Shown: in pieces, positions 13,135 through 23,447 of the stretch | How positions within the stretch are numbered: the stretch's first letter is position 1 | Layout of the letters: every line of letters begins with the position of its first letter | IMG/VR virus record: IMGVR_UViG_3300022725_000052 | Coordinates: 1 to 30,312 of that record | DNA: 30,312 nucleotides | Source of the DNA: a virus | Taxonomy: Duplodnaviria; Caudoviricetes | Direction: 5' to 3' (one strand) | Translations under genes and position numbers: made by a program | Notes under the pieces: model-generated | What the model saw: the letters and a program-made list of their open reading frames with translations, nothing else | What the model was told of the DNA's origin: nothing | Databases searched by the model: none

Positions 13135-16119
13135 TCATGCGGTCGACCCCACGCCATCGAGCGCGGTCCAGTTGGCGGTAGCGGGGCCGGTTTGTCTCGC
13201 GGTCGTCACGCCCATCCCGTTGATGTTCCGGGCGCACGAGCAGGCAAAAAACTGCGGCGGGTCGCTCTGTGCCACTTCGAGCGTGAACACGTCGTGCGCA
13301 AACGCTGCCTGCGTCACGGCGGGCGGCGAGCCATCGGGTCCGGTGACGTTGGACGGCCACGTGAACGCGCGCGGGGTCGAGTCCTGGAATACGTGGATGA
13401 CCTTGACGTCCCCCACGTAGTCGTACTCGTAGTTCGCCAGTCCGCCTGCGTCCTCGACGTCGATGAACGTCGGGAAGTCGGGCTGGGATAGGATCAACGT
13501 CGGCGAGCAGTCCTGATCGAGGTGTAGCTCCCAGCGCTCGCCGTAGGCCATGTCGATTTCCGGGGCGCTTCCGGCCGGGTCGCGGACGAACCACAGATGC
13601 TCGTAGCCCGCGACGCCCGAGAAGCCGTCGATCTGCTGGAGATAGTCGAACTTGACGCGGATCAGCGGACCCGCGCGGCGCGTGAAGCCCTCGTCGTAGT
13701 TCGTCGCCGGATCGCTCCGCTCGTGCGTCGTCGGGAGCATCGAGGCGTAGATCGAGCAGCCGAACGGGATCGGGTGGAGCCCGTAGGTGTCGTCTCCGAC
13801 GTGGCGCGGGAACCAATTCGTCTCGCCGATATAGTCGAAGATCGTGCCCGTGTAGCCCGTGTGCGGATCGTTGAGGCCCGTCGGCACGGTGCTCTCGTCG
13901 AAGTCTAGTTCGCGGAGCTTCGGCCAGCGGTGGAGCGAGAACATCCACTTACCGACGATCCGTGTGTCGGAGACAAACTGGGCCGTGAACTCATCGCCCT
14001 GGCCGAACGCTGTCATCCCGTCCAGCAGGTCGATCTTGAAGTGTGCGTCGATCGCCTTGATGTTGAGGTAGGCGTCGAGGTAGCGGATGCCGACCGTCGT
14101 GGCGTTCGCGTTGGTGAAGGTGTAGACGTGGAACGAGACGAAGCGGATCGACAGCGCCTGCGCCTTCGTGATCCGCGTGAAGAAATCGTCCTCGGTGCGC
14201 CCATAGACGCCGCCCATCTCCGACGGCTCGCCGATCAATATCTCCGTCTGCCGCCTGCCGTCGCCACGGTACTCCAGCGAACTGGATTCCGTGCCCTGCG
14301 GCCAGACGAGGATCTCCGTCGTCCACTCGCCGCCGACGAGCTGCTTGTTGGCGTCGTAGTACTCGATGTAGACCGCGAGGCCCGAGTCGAACGGCACGCC
14401 CGAGCCCTCGCGGCGCACGTCGCCGACCACCGTGATCGTGTCGCCGGGACACACCGGGAAGTAGCGGGTTGACGCGAGCGTGGCAGGCTTGTCGAAGTTC
14501 GTGGCGGAGGATTCCACCTGCCGGAGGTCGAGGTCGCCGAACCCGGCCGAGAATTCGATGTCGATCGCGCCAAACGTCGGCGAGGTAGAGTTGATCGAGG
14601 AGTCGTTCGTGAACTCGCCGAGCCCCCAGTAGGCACCACTCTCGAAGCTGTCGTTAAGGATCGGGACCGCGCCGCACGGTGCGCCGCCGCCCCCCGGCAC
14701 CTCGTCGCACGGGAACCACGGCGCGGTAAGCCCCTTACGGATCGCGACCCGGCGGCCGCACACGACGTAGTCGGCGGTCCCATTTGCCCGGAGCGTCTGC
14801 GCGAGGAACCGCGACAGCGGCGGAAGCTCCACCGTGCCCGCCAGACGATTGTAGGTCGGGAACGACCACGTCTGTCCTGTCACGGCCGTCTGAATCAGCG
14901 TGCCCGCCGAGTCGAATATATCGAGGTCGATCTGACCGGCCGCGTCGAACTCCGGGTCGGCGGTAAGCGTCCCGCCCGCATCGTAGACGAACGAGTCGCC
15001 GCCGAAGATCCCGGACGGCGGCATCCACGAGTCGGCGGGGTCGCCCGAGGCGTCAAGCACTTCGAGCGGGAACGGTGACGGGTAGATCGTCCCTTCGAGG
15101 TCCAGGGTCGCCGTGCCCGAGGATTCCGCGGCCGATAGCACGCCGACGCGGATCGAGAAGCCGGTCGGGAGCCCCGAAACCGTGATGACGTCGTTCGGGC
15201 AGAGAATCAGATCCCAGTAGAGACCATCATCGCCGCCGGACCTGTCGACCCAACCGGCCGTCCCCAGTTGACCGTTGTGCGTGGTGTCGGTCGCGGAAAG
15301 CTCGTAGGTCTGTCCGTCCGGGTTGAACTTTGCACTCTGCTCGCCGTCCTTTACGTGGATCTTGAGCACCGTCCGGTAGCCCGTGAGCAACACCTCGCCG
15401 CCGGCATGGTTGAACACGTCGAGCTGGCTATCGAACAGGCCACCGTCGATCAGCGTAAGCGAATCCTGGATGGATGTCTGGTCGGCCGAGTACCCGTCGA
15501 GCGTGTCCGTCAGGCGAGCCGAGAAGAACGGGTCAGCCCACTGGAGCGTGCCGGACTGCTTCCGAACCTGTGCGACGATCTCCGCGCGTGGACTGATGCC
15601 GGTTACGAGCACGTCGGTGTTATCCGCGCTGATGCGGAGCTTCCCGTTCTCGACCGTGGCCGTTCCGTTTTCGACGGACAGATTGTTCAGCGTGTCGAGC
15701 GGGTCGCGGAGCAACAAACCCGTTCCGCCCTTCTTCAGCGTACCGGTTTCGTTGACCTCCTCGCCCGCCGCCGTCTCGAGCTTCACGTCGGCTGCCCACG
15801 CGATCACGTCGCCCTCCGACCAGCCCTTGTCGAGCACGTCGACCACGCAACCGATTTGACGCTCGAAGCTCGTGCCGCTCACCGTGCCCGAGCACACTTC
15901 CAGCGCCGCCAGTTCCTCGCAGCCGGTGCCGCCGCCGCAGTCGTCCGGCGTCGGGCCGGGGTCGTTCGGTGCGTCGCCCGTCGGGGTCGTTCCGGTGTCG
16001 TCGCCCGCCTCGTCGCCCGTGAGGCCCGTGCGGCTCAACACGTCCCACTCCGACAGGTTGCGTTGCAGGCGGCGGCGCGCGCGCCCTACGCGCCGGGAGA
16101 GCGAGTCCTCACGTGGCAT
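13135..16119 (-). CDS. multi-domain tail fibre / receptor-binding protein
   Basis: 994 aa, G/D/T-rich, follows Tal; CBM-like ILNDSFESG segment; C-terminal QD..PRAFTWPSNV...DVF module. Confidence 0.75.
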   Translation of the reverse strand: MPREDSLSRRVGRARRRLQRNLSEWDVLSRTGLTGDEAGDDTGTTPTGDAPNDPGPTPDDCGGGTGCEELAALEVCSGTVSGTSFERQIGCVVDVLDKGWSEGDVIAWAADVKLETAAGEEVNETGTLKKGGTGLLLRDPLDTLNNLSVENGTATVENGKLRISADNTDVLVTGISPRAEIVAQVRKQSGTLQWADPFFSARLTDTLDGYSADQTSIQDSLTLIDGGLFDSQLDVFNHAGGEVLLTGYRTVLKIHVKDGEQSAKFNPDGQTYELSATDTTHNGQLGTAGWVDRSGGDDGLYWDLILCPNDVITVSGLPTGFSIRVGVLSAAESSGTATLDLEGTIYPSPFPLEVLDASGDPADSWMPPSGIFGGDSFVYDAGGTLTADPEFDAAGQIDLDIFDSAGTLIQTAVTGQTWSFPTYNRLAGTVELPPLSRFLAQTLRANGTADYVVCGRRVAIRKGLTAPWFPCDEVPGGGGAPCGAVPILNDSFESGAYWGLGEFTNDSSINSTSPTFGAIDIEFSAGFGDLDLRQVESSATNFDKPATLASTRYFPVCPGDTITVVGDVRREGSGVPFDSGLAVYIEYYDANKQLVGGEWTTEILVWPQGTESSSLEYRGDGRRQTEILIGEPSEMGGVYGRTEDDFFTRITKAQALSIRFVSFHVYTFTNANATTVGIRYLDAYLNIKAIDAHFKIDLLDGMTAFGQGDEFTAQFVSDTRIVGKWMFSLHRWPKLRELDFDESTVPTGLNDPHTGYTGTIFDYIGETNWFPRHVGDDTYGLHPIPFGCSIYASMLPTTHERSDPATNYDEGFTRRAGPLIRVKFDYLQQIDGFSGVAGYEHLWFVRDPAGSAPEIDMAYGERWELHLDQDCSPTLILSQPDFPTFIDVEDAGGLANYEYDYVGDVKVIHVFQDSTPRAFTWPSNVTGPDGSPPAVTQAAFAHDVFTLEVAQSDPPQFFACSCARNINGMGVTTARQTGPATANWTALDGVGSTA

Positions 16120-18115
16120 CTTCGGCCTCCATGAGTTCGATGGCCGTGAGCGCCTCGCGCTTCAGGTCGCGCCGGACAGACTTGATCCGCCTCTCCTCCT
16201 CCAGCCCGATCCCCGTGTCCACGATCCGCGCCGTGACGCCGGGATGAACGGCCCCGTAGGTGTAGCTCGCGCCGTCGAGCGGGTTGACCCCGAGCCGGTC
16301 AAGGTCGAGGGCCGCCGTCCTGAGCCGCACGCTCGGCTCGGCGATCCCGCCCTCGATACCGCGGCATGCGGCGTCCCATAGCCGGGTCGCCGACGCCCCC
16401 GCCACGATCTTCTCGCCGATCACGGGCGCGTTCACGACCTGCCATGCATCCAGATAGAATTCCGTCCCGTCCTCGCGGGCGATGACCTGAAGGCTGAGGT
16501 TCCGCATGTTGCCGACCTGCGCGACCTGGCCCTCGGCGAACTCGAAGTTGAAGGTCTGCGGCTCGATCGTGAGGTGGAACGGCGCATCCGTCCCGACGGC
16601 CCGCGCTTCGATCGGATTCCCCGCGTCGTCCTCGCCGAACGGGAACACGAAGTTATCTACGTTGCCCGGCCCGCCGGATACCGGCGACCAGAACTCGAAG
16701 CGCACCTCGAAGCGGACGGAGCCGGCCACGAGGTGGCCGTAGACCTGGAACGACAGGTGCGGACTGCGCTGGACCATGAAGCTGTTGCTGCCGGCCACGC
16801 GGCTCGCGAGCTTCGCGAACCCCTGCTCCGCGTCCGCCTGCACGCGGACGGACGATGACCCGAAGTGCACGAACTCAGGGCTCGCGTCCAGCGTGACCGT
16901 GGTGACTGTCGGCGACCCGATCGATAGCCAGTGCGTGCCCTGCTTGCCGCCTTGAAACGGCAGGGTCACGAGATTCGTCACGCCCGGCACGTCGTCGCGC
17001 TCGAGCACGATCGCGCGCCGGCCGTGGGTCGCGATCTTCGACGGGACGGGGACGTGGAGGAGCGCGTTCGAGGCAGAGTCCGCGAGGATGTGCCATAGCC
17101 CGCCGGCCGTCGCGCTGGCGAGCGTTACGTCGATCGCCGTGCCGGCATTGGCCGGGGCGGAATCGACGATCTCGATCGACGCGCCCCCGAGCCGCCCGAG
17201 GTACAGGCCGTTGTACTGATCGTCCTCCGTACAGACTAGGGCCGGGTTCGACGGCTTGAGCCCTAGCCACGACGGATCGGTCCCGTCCCACGGGAACAGC
17301 CGCCAGAGCGTGGTCAGCGTCGGCTCGCCCGCCTGTCGCCGCATGATCCACCGCATATCGGCGATGGTCGGGGCGCTGCCCTGCGGGCCCTCGCCCTTCG
17401 GGTAGACGAGCGTGCCCGCCTCCGACCAGTCGCGCTCGACGTCCGATTCGAGCGCGTTGGCCGCGTAGCGGATCTCCGTCCGCTCACCGGCCCGGACCTC
17501 GTCGAGCAAGTCGACAAGGTAGCCGGTCGTACCGTCGCGCATCACCTGAAGCTCGGCGCCCGTGACCGTCGCCGCTTCCGTCAGCGCCGACAGGTAGGAC
17601 TCCCATTCGAGCACCCAGGTATGGCGCGTCGTCGGCTCGACGGTGCCAACCGTGAAGTCACCGGGCCACGTCGCGAGGCCGTCCAGCACGTCGAGGTAGT
17701 CGGTCGCCGTGATGTCGGCGAGCTCGTGGTGCAGGAACACGTCGCCCGACGCCTGCGGGAACGCGACGAGCTCGTCGCCGAGGTCGAACTTGGGCGACCG
17801 GCAAAGCGCCGACAGCTTTCGAGCGCCGTTCTTCCGGCGGCCACGCTTCACCTGCCACACGCGCCATTCGTCATACGTGTCGTCGGCGAACACGGTGCGC
17901 ACGACCTGACGCTCGGCGAGGGCGGGCAGGCCACGCGCCGCGTCGCCCGCCATCCACAAGTGGCCGGGGTCGATCGACAGGTCGAGTTCCTCGCGGCCGC
18001 TCACCTCGCGGTAGTCCTCGGCCGCGAGTACCTGGTCGGCCTTGCAGAAGTCGAGACGCGTGCCCGCGTTCGACTCGCGGTCGGTCCACCGTTCGAGCCT
18101 GACGAGCGCCGGCAT
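16109..18115 (-). CDS. baseplate hub / Tal-like tail protein with inserted CBM-like domain
   Basis: Follows Dit; EIRYAANAL..VERD....TLVYPKG motif; TGATG start at 18115. Confidence 0.75.
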   Translation of the reverse strand: MPALVRLERWTDRESNAGTRLDFCKADQVLAAEDYREVSGREELDLSIDPGHLWMAGDAARGLPALAERQVVRTVFADDTYDEWRVWQVKRGRRKNGARKLSALCRSPKFDLGDELVAFPQASGDVFLHHELADITATDYLDVLDGLATWPGDFTVGTVEPTTRHTWVLEWESYLSALTEAATVTGAELQVMRDGTTGYLVDLLDEVRAGERTEIRYAANALESDVERDWSEAGTLVYPKGEGPQGSAPTIADMRWIMRRQAGEPTLTTLWRLFPWDGTDPSWLGLKPSNPALVCTEDDQYNGLYLGRLGGASIEIVDSAPANAGTAIDVTLASATAGGLWHILADSASNALLHVPVPSKIATHGRRAIVLERDDVPGVTNLVTLPFQGGKQGTHWLSIGSPTVTTVTLDASPEFVHFGSSSVRVQADAEQGFAKLASRVAGSNSFMVQRSPHLSFQVYGHLVAGSVRFEVRFEFWSPVSGGPGNVDNFVFPFGEDDAGNPIEARAVGTDAPFHLTIEPQTFNFEFAEGQVAQVGNMRNLSLQVIAREDGTEFYLDAWQVVNAPVIGEKIVAGASATRLWDAACRGIEGGIAEPSVRLRTAALDLDRLGVNPLDGASYTYGAVHPGVTARIVDTGIGLEEERRIKSVRRDLKREALTAIELMEAEDAT

Positions 18116-18891
18116 CAGTACGCTCTCCGGTACGTCGCTTCGGCCGTGCCCGCCGAACACGCGAGCGTCGGCCACGCGGAGGTCGTGAAATCGCCGTCGA
18201 GCGGATCGAACGAGAACGGGAAGCTCGAACCTGCGACGAGGAACGCCGCCGCTTCGCCCGCGTTGTCCGTGATCGAACCCGTCTGCATGTCGATCGTGAC
18301 GGGTGCGGCCGCGCCGGAAATCTCCAGCGTGTGAAGCGTCGTAGTGTCGTTGTGTGCGTAGGTCAGGGTGAACGATCCCGCGCCAGAGACGACGATCACG
18401 GCCTCGCTCCGGTCGGCTCCCAGCGGCAACGCCACGGGCGTCGTCTGGATCGAGCCGACCACGGTGTCCGTCGTCTCGTACTCGCGCGGGTCGGGCAGCA
18501 CGACGGAGACCCGAAGCTCGCAGGCGTCCTGCACGAGGTCGGGGCCGATCCCGCCGAACTCCAGCCGCTCGATCACGCCCGTCACCTCGCGGGCCTCGTC
18601 ATCGACGAACCGGAACACGTGGGACGTGTCGACCCGGAGCAGGTACTTGGCCGTGTCGATCAGGGTGAGCAGGGCCGTCCGCGTTGCCGCCTCCAGCACG
18701 AACCGAAGGTCGAGCGACCCGGCGTCGATCGAGGGCCGGGACGCGGTCAGCACGACGCCCGTCCGGCCAGGCACGGCCTCCGCGTCCCAGCGCGCGCGCC
18801 GCGTGCCGAGCCGCCCGTCGCTGGAGACGCTACCGACGCCAAGCTCGCCGAGGCCGACCGTGTCGACGATCACCGCGCGGTCGAAACTCAT
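18115..18891 (-). CDS. distal tail protein (Dit-like)
   Basis: After TMP; VPGRTG, DPREY, VTIDMQTGSI, C-terminal YRRAY. Confidence 0.75.
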   Translation of the reverse strand: MSFDRAVIVDTVGLGELGVGSVSSDGRLGTRRARWDAEAVPGRTGVVLTASRPSIDAGSLDLRFVLEAATRTALLTLIDTAKYLLRVDTSHVFRFVDDEAREVTGVIERLEFGGIGPDLVQDACELRVSVVLPDPREYETTDTVVGSIQTTPVALPLGADRSEAVIVVSGAGSFTLTYAHNDTTTLHTLEISGAAAPVTIDMQTGSITDNAGEAAAFLVAGSSFPFSFDPLDGDFTTSAWPTLACSAGTAEATYRRAY

Positions 18892-21800
18892 TGCTCCCTC
18901 GTCGGCGGGAACCCGAAGCCCTGCTGGATGCGCCGGACCTCGTCGCCGAGGTCGAGGTCGAGGTTCGCGGCCCGCCCGAACTCGCGCCCCAGGGCCGCTG
19001 CGGCGTCGGCCGTGATCCCCGAGGCGTCGCCGCGCACATCGACGACGTGTCGCACCGTGCCCTCGATCCGTACCGTCGAGGCGCGCGCGAGCATTGTGTC
19101 CGTCACGGTTACGGGCGAGCCGCGGAGCGAGTCGCGGATCTGCTCAAGCAGAAGGTTCCGCGTGCCGTCGAGGGCGAGCGCCCGGTCGAACTGGAACGAG
19201 GTGGCCCGGTCGACCGCCGAGACCTGCTGGAAGCCGTCCTCGCTTTCCGCCTCGATCGCGTCGGCCACGCGGTCCTGCAAGCTCTCGATCTCGCGCAACA
19301 CGTCGAGGAACTCGTCGAACGACAGATCGCCGAACGCGCCGACGGTCGTGAACCGGCCCGTGCCCGACTGAAGCTGGCGGAACAGCGCCTCGATGAACTC
19401 CTCGTCGCCCTCGCGTAGCCGCTGGATGTCGATGGCCGACAGCGCCGTGCCGGCCCGCGCAAGCTCGTCGGCAAGGAGCTGGATCCGCTCCGCCGGGCTC
19501 TCGATGTCGAGCACGTCGAAGCTATCGCGGAGCAGGGAGAGCCTGCCCTGCACGGTATCGAGCACTTCGGACAGGCTGCGGCCGAGCACCTCGGCCAGTG
19601 AGCGCGCCTGCTGGAGCGCCTCGTCGAACGCGGCCTTGTTGAGCGGGTCGCCGTCAAGCAGGCGCACAAGCTGGTCCACGTCGAGCCCGAACGCGTCGGC
19701 GGAGCTTTCGAGGTCCGTGACGGAGACGCCCAGGGACTCGAAGATCCGCCGGACCACATCCTCGGCGCGAAGCCTGCGCCCCGGCCCCGAGAGCCCCCCA
19801 CCGGACGCCCCTTCGAGCGTGGGAATCGCCTCGCGCAAGGCTTCGGTAAGGTCGGCGGTAATGTCGCCCGGCAGTCCGCGCAGGATGGACCCGAGCACGG
19901 CGAGCCTGTCGTTCAGTTCACGGATGCGGCGTGTGTTATCGCGGAGCGATTCGTCGCGGGCGATCTCCGACTCGCTCGGCCCGCTATCGCCACCGAACAG
20001 CCCGCCGATGACGCCAGCGATCCCCGACAGCACGCCGCCGACGCCGCCGAGTATGTCGCCGGCCGCGATTCGGCCGATGCCTTCGCCGATCAGCGCGACT
20101 TGATTCACGACCTGCGCCGCCTCGTCGCCGACCAGCCCGAAGGCGTTTGCGAGTTCGACCGCGCCGCGCGCCGCGAAGCTGATGTCATTGATCAGCTCGC
20201 GGATCTCCTCGTTCGTCTCCTCGGCCGCCCCGCGCGCGTCGAGGATCGCCTGCACGACCTGACGGAACCCCGGCGGCAACTGGTCGACGGAGATCCCCCA
20301 TTGGTCGAGGATGCCCTGCACGGCAAGCGCCTGTTGGCCGAAGGAGGCCCCGGAACGGGTGACGCCCTCGATCGCGCGCTGTGCCGCCAGCAAGCGGGCG
20401 TCCAGCGAGAACTCCCCGAAGTCGGCCTCCAGCCCCTCGCCCATCTCGCGGATGCGCCGGTTCACGTCATCTAGCACGCCGGGCACCTCGGAGAACAGGT
20501 CCGCGCCGGATGCGCCGATTTCCGCGAGCGCATCGTTCGCTTCGAGGAGCGCGTCCCGTAGATCGAGCGCCTTGCGTTCAGCTTCGGTGAGCTTCGGCGT
20601 CGGGTCGGGGTCGGGGCCGTCGTCCTCCTCCACCCCGGCACGGCTCGTCGCGAGGTCGAGCAGCTCACGCTCGCGAGCCACCTGCTGGTCAAGTTCGCCG
20701 CGCAACCGAACACGCTCCTCGACGATCCGGGCGAGCTCGATCGCCTGTTCGCGGGTCAGGTCGAGATTCAGGCCGAGCGGGTCGGAGGCGTCGGCGGTCG
20801 CGCGCGCGAACTTGACCGTCTCGTCGACGATCCGGCGCTGGGCGTCCGCCCCCTGGTCGAGGGCCGTCTCCAGCTCGCGCGGGAACAGACTGTCCAGCAC
20901 GTCGGCGGGCAGTCCAGCAAGCGGCGAGACGCCGGCCGGACGTTGTAGTTGCTGACGGTCGATAACCCCTTGCAAGTCACGCCGCAGTTCCCGATCGCTC
21001 TCGCTGATCGCTGCGGCGATCTTCCGGCGCTGCTCGGCTACAATGACGGCCGCCGCCTGTGCCTGTAGCCCGAGCGTCTCGAACGCACGGGACAGACGCT
21101 CGGCATCCGATTCGAGCAACGTGTTGATCGCACGCAGCGCCCCAAGCACGAGCGGCAGCGTCTTCTCGCCGAGCGCCAACCACGCCGCGTTCACGCGGTT
21201 CTTGAGGAGCGTCGCCTGATTCTCCAGCGACCCGTTCATGGCGGTGAACGCTTCGCCCGTCGACCCCGCCGCGCCGCCCGTCTCCTCCAGCACGCGCCGA
21301 TATTCGTCGGCGCCCTGGCCCGCGAGCACGAACACGCCGCGGGCCGCGCGGATCTCGGGGATGAGCTGCGACAGCGCGTCGAGGTTGCCGCCCGTCGCGC
21401 GTTCGAGATCCTCGAGGAACCCGACGAGCCCCTTCGACCGGAGCGCCGCCGTCGAAAGCTCGACACCCATGTCGCGTGCTGCCGCCGCCGCGTCGTCCGT
21501 GACGTTCGTCAGCGACAGGAAGAGCCGATTGAGCGACGTGGCCGCCTCGGCGGTACCGATCCCGAACTTCGTCAGCGTGGCGAGCGCCGCGCCGACCTCC
21601 TCGATCGACACACCCGCAAGGGACGCGGAGGTCGCGACGGTTCCGATGTTCGACGCGATGTCGCCGAACGTCAGCTTGCCTTCACGGATCGTCGTGAAGA
21701 ACACGTCGGAGACGCGCGCCGCCTCGGACGTTTCGAGCTGGTAGGCGTTGAGAACCGTCGTGATCGCGTCGACGCTAGTGAACGTGTCCGTCAGCCCGGC

Positions 21801-22202
21801 CGTCGCCGCCTGCGCCGCGACCTTGAGCACGTCCATCGCTTCGGCCGTGTCCGAGATACCGGTGCTGATGACCTGGTAGAGGCCGCGCGACAGGAGCTCC
21901 GGCGTCTGCGGAACCTCGGTCGACAGCGCGACGACCTCCGAGCGCAGCCGCTCGATGTTGGAGACCGTACCGGGCAGCAGCGTCGCGACTTCACGGAGCG
22001 CAGAGTCGAGGGACGCCGCCATGCGCGTCGCCTTGATCCCGGCCGCTACCGCCGCCGCGCCGAAGGCCGCGAACGCCGTGGTCGCCGTACCGAGCTTGCC
22101 GACGAACCCGCGGAGGCCCCTCTGGCTGGAGGCGATCCCGCGCTCGAAACCGCCCGTCCGCGCCGTGATATCGTAGAACAGCTCGTCGATTCTGCGCGGC
22201 AT
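18888..22202 (-). CDS. tape measure protein (TP901-family core)
   Basis: 1104 aa helical; GLYQVISTG, VDAITTVLNAY, SDVFFTTIREGKLTF, AALATLTK.G. Confidence 0.93.
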   Translation of the reverse strand: MPRRIDELFYDITARTGGFERGIASSQRGLRGFVGKLGTATTAFAAFGAAAVAAGIKATRMAASLDSALREVATLLPGTVSNIERLRSEVVALSTEVPQTPELLSRGLYQVISTGISDTAEAMDVLKVAAQAATAGLTDTFTSVDAITTVLNAYQLETSEAARVSDVFFTTIREGKLTFGDIASNIGTVATSASLAGVSIEEVGAALATLTKFGIGTAEAATSLNRLFLSLTNVTDDAAAAARDMGVELSTAALRSKGLVGFLEDLERATGGNLDALSQLIPEIRAARGVFVLAGQGADEYRRVLEETGGAAGSTGEAFTAMNGSLENQATLLKNRVNAAWLALGEKTLPLVLGALRAINTLLESDAERLSRAFETLGLQAQAAAVIVAEQRRKIAAAISESDRELRRDLQGVIDRQQLQRPAGVSPLAGLPADVLDSLFPRELETALDQGADAQRRIVDETVKFARATADASDPLGLNLDLTREQAIELARIVEERVRLRGELDQQVARERELLDLATSRAGVEEDDGPDPDPTPKLTEAERKALDLRDALLEANDALAEIGASGADLFSEVPGVLDDVNRRIREMGEGLEADFGEFSLDARLLAAQRAIEGVTRSGASFGQQALAVQGILDQWGISVDQLPPGFRQVVQAILDARGAAEETNEEIRELINDISFAARGAVELANAFGLVGDEAAQVVNQVALIGEGIGRIAAGDILGGVGGVLSGIAGVIGGLFGGDSGPSESEIARDESLRDNTRRIRELNDRLAVLGSILRGLPGDITADLTEALREAIPTLEGASGGGLSGPGRRLRAEDVVRRIFESLGVSVTDLESSADAFGLDVDQLVRLLDGDPLNKAAFDEALQQARSLAEVLGRSLSEVLDTVQGRLSLLRDSFDVLDIESPAERIQLLADELARAGTALSAIDIQRLREGDEEFIEALFRQLQSGTGRFTTVGAFGDLSFDEFLDVLREIESLQDRVADAIEAESEDGFQQVSAVDRATSFQFDRALALDGTRNLLLEQIRDSLRGSPVTVTDTMLARASTVRIEGTVRHVVDVRGDASGITADAAAALGREFGRAANLDLDLGDEVRRIQQGFGFPPTREQ

Positions 22203-22592
22203 CTACGCCCCCTGCGTCTGGTGCAGGTTGAGCAGGACGCTCATCGGGACGACGCCCCACCGGCCCGCGCCGTCCGCACGGCGACCGCGCTTGTCGCCGC
22301 GCACGAGACGCGCACGGCCCGCGAGCTTCACGCCGCCCGACGTCACCGTGAAGTCGACGTCGACGATGGAGCGCGACGGCGGGGCGGGCCGCTGGCGCAC
22401 CCGGTGAACCGCGCCCACCGTGAATGCCTCGATCCGCAGCGGCTCCATGATCGCGTGCAGGTATTCCGCGTCGTCGATTTCGGGCGGTGTCCGGTCGGGC
22501 CACGACGCCTGCACGGAGTTGACGGCCTCGGGCCAGTCGCCCTCCATGCACGCGGCGAGGAAGCGCGACAGCACGGCGCGCGGGGCCGTCAT
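22203..22592 (-). CDS. hypothetical protein, NTF2-like alpha+beta pattern
   Basis: PRAVLSRFLAACMEGDWPEA...VDVDFTV...RLVR...WGV; ATGA start. Confidence 0.65.
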   Translation of the reverse strand: MTAPRAVLSRFLAACMEGDWPEAVNSVQASWPDRTPPEIDDAEYLHAIMEPLRIEAFTVGAVHRVRQRPAPPSRSIVDVDFTVTSGGVKLAGRARLVRGDKRGRRADGAGRWGVVPMSVLLNLHQTQGA

Positions 22593-23431
22593 TCGATGTC
22601 CTCCCGGAACCCGGCGAGCGCGGTCTGCGCGATCTGCGACGCGAGCGTGTGGTCCATGCGGAGCTCGCGTATCGGGCGATTCGTCATCTTCGCCCGCTGC
22701 GCGAAGAACACGTCGACGGCGACGCCCTTGCCGCGCTCCTTCGGCTTGGGCAGGAAGTGGAGGCGCGTGACGTTCGCCTCGGCGATCGCGTTCTCGATCC
22801 GCCGGACCTCGATGGGGTTCAGGTCCATCCATTCGGCGGGCGCTTCCTCGGGCGGCTCATTGCCGTAGCACCACGGCATGCCCGCCCCCTCGTGGCAAGC
22901 GCACCACATGAGGAGCGCGACCCGGTAGTCCGCCTCCTCGCGGATCGCGTCCAGCATCTCGCGCGGGCTGGCGGCCCCCGCCCCGGGTGGGCTCTCGGGC
23001 TCGATCTCCCCGTCCGCGATCGCGCGGAGCGCCTCGTGGCGGACGTTCAGCCAGTTCAGCCACCAGAACTGCGACTCCATCCAGCGGAGCGTCACCTCGG
23101 ACTTCGGGTGGACGCGAAGTTCGCGCTGATCGAGGAGCGTGACCGTGACGGGATCGTCCTGAAGGGCCGCCATGAGCTTCTGCTCGGCGTACTCGGACCC
23201 GTGCGTGACGTAGGGCTCGCGCTGCCGCATGGCCTGCAGCATCGCGTAGCCGTGGATGTGCCTGTTGAGGCCGTCGCCCTCTGTCGGCATGACGGCATCG
23301 ACCTCGGCCTCCGACGCGAGGTTGCGCCGGAGGATCCCCTTCTTCAGGCTACCGCATAGCCGCCTGAGGTCGCGCTCCGACCACGGCCGATCCGGTGCGG
23401 GCCTCGCCGATACCTGTACATTCGGCTCCAC
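22589..23431 (-). CDS. putative tail assembly chaperone
   Basis: Position between tail tube and TMP; helical. Confidence 0.55.
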   Translation of the reverse strand: MEPNVQVSARPAPDRPWSERDLRRLCGSLKKGILRRNLASEAEVDAVMPTEGDGLNRHIHGYAMLQAMRQREPYVTHGSEYAEQKLMAALQDDPVTVTLLDQRELRVHPKSEVTLRWMESQFWWLNWLNVRHEALRAIADGEIEPESPPGAGAASPREMLDAIREEADYRVALLMWCACHEGAGMPWCYGNEPPEEAPAEWMDLNPIEVRRIENAIAEANVTRLHFLPKPKERGKGVAVDVFFAQRAKMTNRPIRELRMDHTLASQIAQTALAGFREDIE

Positions 23432-23447
23432 GGCGTCCTGTCAGTGA

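Noticed and set aside
13135-16119. Diversity-generating retroelement or invertible tail-fibre cassette
   Set aside because: No reverse transcriptase or invertase, and no template/variable repeat pair noticed in the window
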